DNA from: Thermoplasmata archaeon
GTDB taxonomy: Archaea > Thermoplasmatota > SW-10-69-26 > JACQPN01 > JAJPHT01
DNA length: 20,703 nucleotides
Direction of reading: 5' to 3'
NCBI GenBank assembly: GCA_034667685.1
Contig: JAXDQU010000072.1
Span: forward strand, 1-20,703
Shown here: piece by piece, positions 15,188 through 20,703 of the stretch
Numbering within the stretch: the first letter of the stretch is position 1
How the letters are laid out: each line of letters starts with the position of its first letter
The notes under the pieces: generated by a model
What the model was told of the DNA's origin: nothing
The model's input: only the letters and a program-made list of their open reading frames with translations
The model's database searches: none
Made by a program: the position numbers and the translations under genes

Positions 15188-16913
15188 TGCCATCGATCCG
15201 CACGCGGGTGTATTGCGAGACCTGCTCGGCCATGTGCGTGACGCAGACGCCGTAGCTGCCCGTCTCGCGGAGCATCTCGATGAAGGTGCCCACGATCTTG
15301 CTCGCGGCCTCCAGCTCGGTCATGGCCTCCAGCTCGTCGGCGAGGACGAGCTTCGCGCCCCTGCTCGTCACGATGGGGAGGAAGCCCTTGAGGAAGCTCT
15401 CGAAGGCGCCCGCGTCGAGCGACCGCTTCTGCGTGAAGAAGTAGACCCCCTCCACGTGCGGGACGGTGGCCGACCTCGCGTTGACCGGGAGCCCCAGGTG
15501 CGCGAGGATGGCGACCTGGCTGAGCGTCTCCAGGAGCGTCGTCTTGCCGCCCGAGTTGGCGCCCGTGAGCAGGGCGACCTGGTGCTGCCTGTCGAGCAGG
15601 TAGTCGATCGGCGCGCCCCCCGCCCGCGCGAGGTTGAGATGGAGCGCGCCCTCGACGCGCAGCTCCTTGCCGAACGTCGCGGGCTCCAGGCCGTACTCCA
15701 GCGCGAAGCTGCCCAGGGCGAAGGCGTAGTCGAACTCCAGGAGCGCGTGGACCTCGGCCTCGGCCTTCTCGCGCAGGCCGCCGAGCTTCCGGGCCGCGTC
15801 GACCTTCACGCGGAACGCGGCGCGCTTCTTGCGCCCTTCCAATTCCTGGCGCTTGCGCTCCATCGCCTCCTCGTCGATCTTGACGGGGAAGCCGTCGGTG
15901 AAGACCTGCGTGAAGTCCTCGCCCGTCTCGCGCATCAGGCGCTCGCGCCCCTCGCGGAGCACGCTGGCCTGGAGGTCGCGCACCTTGCGCGGCGTCCTGC
16001 CGGACATCATCTCCAGCACCTCGTCGCCGCTCATGCTGAGCGACTTCGAGCGCGCGGCGGTCTCGGCGTTGATCCACGCGATGGCGTCGGCGAGGCTCTT
16101 CTCGACCGCGGCGAAGCTGAACTCTTTCTGCTGGAGGCCGTCGAGCGTGTCGAGGATCGCGCGCATGGCCGAGGGCCGCCCCAGGATGCCGGAGAGCTCC
16201 AGCGCGGACTCCCAGATGGCGCGGTTCTCGCGGAAGTAGGCGAGCGCGGCGTCGGGCACGAGGTCGGCGACGTGGCGGCTGAAGGGGACCTGGATGACGT
16301 TCTCCGCGCCGGTGAGGTCGAGCAGTCCCTGCGAATAGGCGTAGACGAGGACCTCGTTCCCGGGCGTGCCGTCGTCGGCGGTGCTGACCTGGCAGACGCG
16401 GTCGACGCCGGCCTTCACGAGCGCCTCGTAGTCGGCCTGCGTGTCGACGACGACGCAGACCGTGCTGTCGAACTTCGGCCTCGGCTGGCGCGGCTTGGCG
16501 AGCCGGCCCAGGAGCTTGGCGACCGCGGCGCGGTCGAGGCCCGCGACGCGCTTGCGCGACTCCTGCACGAAGGCGAGGCGCTCCTTCGCCTCCTTGGGCG
16601 GGACGGGGACGAGGAGCGCGATCTTGTTGCGGGCGTGCGCGGTGTTGGCGAAGGCGCCGATGCGGGCGAGCACGTCCTCGTAGAGCGTCTCGGCGCGCGG
16701 CGTGCGCAGGAAGTCGGCCGGCGCGCGGCCCTGGACGCGGAGCACCAGCTCGACGGCCTTGCGCTCCGAGATGCCTTCGACGGCCGCGATGCGGTCCACC
16801 TGCGAGGCGCGCGCGGCCTCGTAGAACGCCTCGGCGCCGCCGAACTCCTTCACGAGCCGCTCCGCGAGGGCCTCGCCCACGCCGGGCAGGTCGGTGAGCG
16901 GCGCAGGGGCCAT
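15015..16913 (-). CDS. mutS: Archaeal MutS5/MutS2-like ATPase (N-terminal helix-hairpin-helix plus MutS domain V)
   Basis: LTDLPGVGEALAERL and VEGISERKA HhH motifs; Walker A LTGANSGGKTT; LVLADELEAMTE; CVTHM; RSTPELI. No mismatch-binding domain I and no Smr domain seen. Alternative start GTG 16940. Confidence 0.9.
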   Translation of the reverse strand: MAPAPLTDLPGVGEALAERLVKEFGGAEAFYEAARASQVDRIAAVEGISERKAVELVLRVQGRAPADFLRTPRAETLYEDVLARIGAFANTAHARNKIALLVPVPPKEAKERLAFVQESRKRVAGLDRAAVAKLLGRLAKPRQPRPKFDSTVCVVVDTQADYEALVKAGVDRVCQVSTADDGTPGNEVLVYAYSQGLLDLTGAENVIQVPFSRHVADLVPDAALAYFRENRAIWESALELSGILGRPSAMRAILDTLDGLQQKEFSFAAVEKSLADAIAWINAETAARSKSLSMSGDEVLEMMSGRTPRKVRDLQASVLREGRERLMRETGEDFTQVFTDGFPVKIDEEAMERKRQELEGRKKRAAFRVKVDAARKLGGLREKAEAEVHALLEFDYAFALGSFALEYGLEPATFGKELRVEGALHLNLARAGGAPIDYLLDRQHQVALLTGANSGGKTTLLETLSQVAILAHLGLPVNARSATVPHVEGVYFFTQKRSLDAGAFESFLKGFLPIVTSRGAKLVLADELEAMTELEAASKIVGTFIEMLRETGSYGVCVTHMAEQVSQYTRVRIDGIEARGLDEHLNLIVDRSPRMNYRARSTPELILKRLQSKASGDERSVYDAILAKFGAS

Positions 16914-17018
16914 CTTGTCAGGTTGCGCGAGCACGGCCACGGTGCATCCCTGGTGCGACCGCAGCGCGTTTCCAGAATTGGCCTTGAGGGAGGGAAGAGC
17001 GAAACTGCTCCCCGGCTC

Positions 17019-17804
17019 CTACGCACGGCGGGTCGGCCCCGCCGGGCCCTTCTTGGGAGACAAGCCGAACAGCGCGGCCCGCCTCCCGCTCTCGCCGTCG
17101 TGGATGATCTCTTCGAGGGGGATCGCGTCGAACGATTGGAGCGCGAAGGCAGGCGCGTCCCACGCGAAGTCCACCACGATCGGCGTCTCGTGGATGGTGG
17201 TGGGGCTCTCGTCGAAGCTCCCCTGGTCGCGCAGGTGACGCAGGCCCGTGGGGCTCACCGTGATCTGCCGCAGCGCGTGGCCCGCCGACTCGGCGGCGCG
17301 GATCGCGGCGTCGAGCTGGGCGCGCAGGTTGCCCGCCGGCGCCTCCTCCTGGGCGGCGCGCAGGCCGCCGAACTCGCCGTGCGTCGCATGGTTGCTCAGG
17401 AGGCTGAGCGCCTCGCGCAGCGTGCTGGCGATCTGGCGGTGGATCTTCACGGACTCGGTGAAGCCCGCCTCGATCTCGGACGTGGGCGCCGCCCGGGCGG
17501 CGTACGCCAGGACGCGAAGCTGGCTTTCGGTGAGGCTCAGGAAGGCGTCGAGCAGGCTCCGCTCGCCCCAGGCGAGGAAGTCTCCGCCCAGCGTCGAGGC
17601 GGGGCTGCGCGTCCACGCGTCCGCGGCCGCCTGGCTCACCCTCGCGCTCGCGAGCACCTGGGCGGGCAGGCGGACGAGGTCCTCCCGCATGCGACCCTCG
17701 GGGAATCGGGCGAGCATACCGTGGTAGCGCGAGTTGAGGATGGGCTCGTCGAACACGAGAAGCGCCTCGACCATCTCCGTGATGGTCATGTTTTCGTCCC
17801 ACAT
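17019..17804 (-). CDS. Hypothetical protein: ferritin-like helical N-terminus plus possible HK97/encapsulin A-domain-like C-terminus
   Basis: 261-aa ORF from ATG 17804. Helical YAARAAPTSEIEAGFTESVKIHRQIASTLREAL; C-terminal LDAAIRAAESAG..ITVSPTGLRHL..TIHETPIVVD. The CDS is solid; the domain call is tentative. Confidence 0.65.
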   Translation of the reverse strand: MWDENMTITEMVEALLVFDEPILNSRYHGMLARFPEGRMREDLVRLPAQVLASARVSQAAADAWTRSPASTLGGDFLAWGERSLLDAFLSLTESQLRVLAYAARAAPTSEIEAGFTESVKIHRQIASTLREALSLLSNHATHGEFGGLRAAQEEAPAGNLRAQLDAAIRAAESAGHALRQITVSPTGLRHLRDQGSFDESPTTIHETPIVVDFAWDAPAFALQSFDAIPLEEIIHDGESGRRAALFGLSPKKGPAGPTRRA

Positions 17805-17861
17805 GCGAACCGTCAAAGGGCCTACCTTCTACTAACGCATGAGCCCGAACAAGTCCACGTC

Positions 17862-18266
17862 CTAGTCCTGGCTCGCCATGAGGACCACGGCGTTCCGCAT
17901 GCGCACGTGGTCGGAGAGGCGCGCCGCGAGCGCCGGTTCGCTCGCCAGGAAGCGGGCCAGCTGCGGCCCGGTGAGCGTGGCGACGTCGGCCAGGCGCCCC
18001 GCCTTCTGCAATTCGCGCGCCACGTGCGCCTTGTCGAAGACGCAGGAGGGCTGCAAGCGCGCCAGCACGCTCGCTTCCCCGGCCCGGAAGCGCCCGCGCG
18101 GCGAGTCCCGGGTCAGCGCGGAGGCGGCGACCAGCTCCAGCTCCGCGCGCAGGTAGGCGAGCTGGTCGTCCAGGTCGCGGCGCTTCCGCGTCAGCTCCAC
18201 GTAGCGGCGCACGAGGTCCTCCGGCGCGGCGAGGTCGGAGGGCGGGGCGGTCTCTTCGGCGAACAT
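17862..18266 (-). CDS. Hypothetical protein with N-terminal coiled coil
   Basis: ATG 18266; LVRRYVELTRKRRDLDDQLAYLRAEL heptads, normal composition, fills the gap. Confidence 0.7.
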   Translation of the reverse strand: MFAEETAPPSDLAAPEDLVRRYVELTRKRRDLDDQLAYLRAELELVAASALTRDSPRGRFRAGEASVLARLQPSCVFDKAHVARELQKAGRLADVATLTGPQLARFLASEPALAARLSDHVRMRNAVVLMASQD

Positions 18267-18387
18267 GGGCGTCCCCAGGAACCTCCTGGGCTTGGACCTT
18301 ATCCGGAGGTCGCCGCAAGTCCCGACCCCCGCGCGGCCGAGAACCACACCGGCAAGGACATGGGGCGGTGCCCGGGTTCCCACTCCC

Positions 18388-18819
18388 ATGACCGGCCCGG
18401 CCGCGGGGCCCTCGCCTCCGCCCCCGCCCTCGTTCGAGGAGATCGTCCGCGGCACCGCGACCGCGCTGGTGGGCGCCATCATCGAGCTGGTCCGCGCGGT
18501 GCGCCACGAGGTCGAGGCGGCGCAGGCCTCCGGGCTCGCGTTCGTCGGCCGCCTGCTGGGCGCGCTGGGCCGCGCGGGGCGCCTCGCGCTGCGCGGGATG
18601 CGCGACGCGATGATCGCCCTCGTCTTCGCCGTCCTGGGCCTGATCATCCTCTCCATCTTCCTGATCGCGGCGCTCAACAAGCTCCTGGGCGACCCGTGGG
18701 GCACCGGCCTCACCGCGCTGCTGCTGATCCTGGCCGCGGTCGGCTTCGGGCTCCGGTCGCGCGCCGCCTTCCTAGGCATCGAGGCCGAGGCGCGCGAGTT
18801 GGAGCACCCGCCCCGTTAG
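18388..18819 (+). CDS. Holin-X/YqjE-like (phage holin superfamily III-like) membrane protein
   Basis: ELVRAVRHEVEAA amphipathic helix followed by two TMs (ALVFAVLGLIILSIFLIAAL..LGDPWG..LLLILAAVG). Confidence 0.6.
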   Translation: MTGPAAGPSPPPPPSFEEIVRGTATALVGAIIELVRAVRHEVEAAQASGLAFVGRLLGALGRAGRLALRGMRDAMIALVFAVLGLIILSIFLIAALNKLLGDPWGTGLTALLLILAAVGFGLRSRAAFLGIEAEARELEHPPR

Positions 18820-18833
18820 CTGGTTCTCTTATC

Positions 18834-18907
18834 CTCCAGCCACAGAGGTCACAGAGGCGGTGGAATTCCCTCGTCCTCTGTGACCTCTGTGTCCTCTGTG
18901 GCTGGAG
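18834..18907. repeat. Palindrome built from 9-bp NCACAGAGG / CCTCTGTGN units
   Basis: CTCCAGC-CACAGAGG-TCACAGAGG (18834-18857) versus CCTCTGTGA-CCTCTGTGT-CCTCTGTG-GCTGGAG (18875-18907). Confidence 0.9.
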
Positions 18908-18961
18908 AAGGGGCCAGGCGTTGGCAAAGGCCTGATAGCGCACGACCTGGGATCACGGGCC

Positions 18962-19843
18962 GTGGACCCCGCCATCCAGACGCGCGCCCTGACGAAGCGC
19001 TACGGGAAGTCGCGTGGCATCGAGGGCGTGGACCTGGAGGTGCGCCGCGGCGAGGTGTTCGGCCTGCTCGGGCCCAACGGCGCGGGCAAGACGACGACCC
19101 TCCGCCTCCTGCTGGACTTCCTGCGCCCCACGTCGGGCGAGGCGCGCGTGCTGGGGCTCGATCCCCGCGCGGACGGGCCGGCGCTGCGCGCGAAGGTGGG
19201 CTATCTTCCCGGCGAGCCGGGCCTCGCGGAGCGAAGCAGCGCGCGCGTGCAGCTCCGCGACCTGGCCGACCTGAGGGGCGGCGTGCCGGAGGCGCGCATC
19301 GAGGCGCTCGCCGCGAGCCTGGAGCTCGACCTCGACCGCGAGGTGCGGGCGCTCTCGCGCGGCAACAAGCAGAAGGTCGGCCTCGTCCAGGCGTTCATGC
19401 ACGAGCCGGAGCTGCTGATCCTCGACGAGCCCACCAGCGGCCTCGACCCGCTGATGCAGCAGCGGTTCAACGCGCTCGTGCGCGAGGCGGCCGCGCGCGG
19501 CGCGACGGTCTTCCTCTCCTCGCACATCCTGCCGGAGGTCGAGGCGCTCTGCGACCGCGTCGGCATCATCCGCGAGGGGAAGCTCGCGGCCGTGGACACG
19601 ATGGCGAGCGTCCGGGCGCGGGCGGTGCGGCGCGTCGAGGCGCGCTATCGCGGAGCGGCCGACGCCGCCCTCGCGCGCGACGTGCCGGGCGTCGAGGACC
19701 TCGCGGTGGAGGGCGACACGCTGCGTTGCGCGGTGCGCGGCGAGGCCGGGCCGCTCGTGCAGGCGCTCGCGCGCGGGCCGCTGCGCGACCTGCGCGTGCG
19801 CGAGCCGACGTTGGAAGATGTCTTCATGGGGTTCTACCGATGA
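18962..19843 (+). CDS. ABC transporter ATP-binding protein (ABC-2/drug-exporter type)
   Basis: Walker A GPNGAGKTT; signature LSRGNKQK; Walker B LILDEPTSGLDP; SSHIL; EPTLEDVF. Confidence 0.95.
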   Translation: MDPAIQTRALTKRYGKSRGIEGVDLEVRRGEVFGLLGPNGAGKTTTLRLLLDFLRPTSGEARVLGLDPRADGPALRAKVGYLPGEPGLAERSSARVQLRDLADLRGGVPEARIEALAASLELDLDREVRALSRGNKQKVGLVQAFMHEPELLILDEPTSGLDPLMQQRFNALVREAAARGATVFLSSHILPEVEALCDRVGIIREGKLAAVDTMASVRARAVRRVEARYRGAADAALARDVPGVEDLAVEGDTLRCAVRGEAGPLVQALARGPLRDLRVREPTLEDVFMGFYR

Positions 19844-20640
19844 GCCCCGTCGCGTTCCGCAAGGCGATGCGCGACCAGCGCCGCGCGCTCGTGGGGTTCG
19901 GCCTCGGCTTCGCGGCCTACGTCGCGTTCCTCGCGGCGTTCTACCCGACGATCCAGAGCCAGTCCGCCAGCTTCTCGCAGCTCCTGGAGAGCTACCCGCC
20001 CGCCGTGCGCACGGCGTTCGGCCTCGACACGCTCACGACCGGCGCGGGCTACCTCCAGGCGGAGCTATTCGGCCTGATGCTGCCGGCGCTCTTCCTCGTG
20101 TTCGCCGTGGGGCGCGGCGGCGACCTGATCGCGGGCGAGGAGGAGCGCGGGCAGCTGGAGCTGGCGCTCGCGACGCCGCTGACGCGCCGCGCCGCCGCGC
20201 TCCAGAAGGGGCTGGCCCTGGCGGCGGGCTGCGGCGTGCTCGCGCTGGTGCTCCTCGTCGTGCTGCTGGCGGGCGGCGCGGCGTTCGGTCTCGGGCTCGC
20301 GCTGGGCAACGTGCTGGCGCAGGTCGCGGCGATCTGGCTCTTCGCGACGGCGTTCGGCATGCTGGCGCTCGCCGTGGGTGCGCTCGCGGGCCGGCGCGGC
20401 CTCGCCACCGCCGTCTCGGTGGGCGTCGCGGGCGCGATGTACGTGCTCGACCTCGTCGCGAAGCTGGTGGAGGGCGCGAGCGGCCTGCGGTGGGCGTCGC
20501 TCTTCCAGTACTATGGAGACGCCCAGCCGCTGGCGCGCGGGCCGGATTGGGTCGGGCTCGCGGTCCTGCTGGGCGTCTCGGCCGCGCTCCTTGCCCTGGC
20601 GGCGCTCGCCTTCGACCGGCGCGACGTGGGGCGGGCATAG
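19840..20640 (+). CDS. ABC-2 type transporter permease
   Basis: ATG overlaps the ATPase stop (ATGA); IAGEEERGQLELALATPLTR motif, 6 TMs, FDRRDV terminus. Confidence 0.92.
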   Translation: MSPVAFRKAMRDQRRALVGFGLGFAAYVAFLAAFYPTIQSQSASFSQLLESYPPAVRTAFGLDTLTTGAGYLQAELFGLMLPALFLVFAVGRGGDLIAGEEERGQLELALATPLTRRAAALQKGLALAAGCGVLALVLLVVLLAGGAAFGLGLALGNVLAQVAAIWLFATAFGMLALAVGALAGRRGLATAVSVGVAGAMYVLDLVAKLVEGASGLRWASLFQYYGDAQPLARGPDWVGLAVLLGVSAALLALAALAFDRRDVGRA

Positions 20641-20703
20641 GCTTCTCCTTCCCGGTGCTTCGCTTTCCGCCATCACGCCAAGACGCCAACACGCCGCGTG
20701 TTG

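Noticed and set aside
17019-18907. Intact provirus
   Set aside because: No integrase, terminase, portal or full-length capsid gene recognisable.
14736-18935. 1399-aa plus-strand ORF
   Set aside because: Antisense shadow of mutS and neighbouring genes in very GC-rich DNA; no domain motifs and biased composition.

Overview
Very GC-rich, densely coding window that looks archaeal, probably a Thermoplasmatota-like euryarchaeote (inference). Evidence: an A/V-type ATPase subunit D, an HhH plus MutS-domain-V (MutS5-type) protein, a PAS-PAS-V4R protein, an archaeosortase-like C-terminal tail, and TATA-like boxes 22-26 nt before several start codons. About 25 genes are supportable: yceI, a CatE-like VOC enzyme, MazG, a degenerate class II aldolase-like protein, a secreted CBM-like/PQQ beta-propeller protein, a cupredoxin, MPG glycosylase, DUF2721, a stand-alone atpD, an alpha/beta hydrolase, a wHTH-STAND ATPase, zinc-ribbon and YHS proteins, PAS-PAS-V4R, MutS5, a ferritin-like protein with a possible HK97 A-domain, a holin-X-like protein and an ABC-2 exporter. 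The most unusual signal is at 14769-15187. The last 161 bp of the mutS-like gene are duplicated in frame with seven changes, all synonymous. The spacer folds back onto the start of the duplicate as a 101-nt hairpin with GAA-loop mini-hairpins, bracketed by GTTCA direct repeats. Two unrelated palindromes built from tandem repeats sit in intergenic gaps (6465-6548 and 18834-18907). Most very long ORFs in the supplied track are GC-rich shadow frames. All family calls come from motif recognition by eye; no searches were run.
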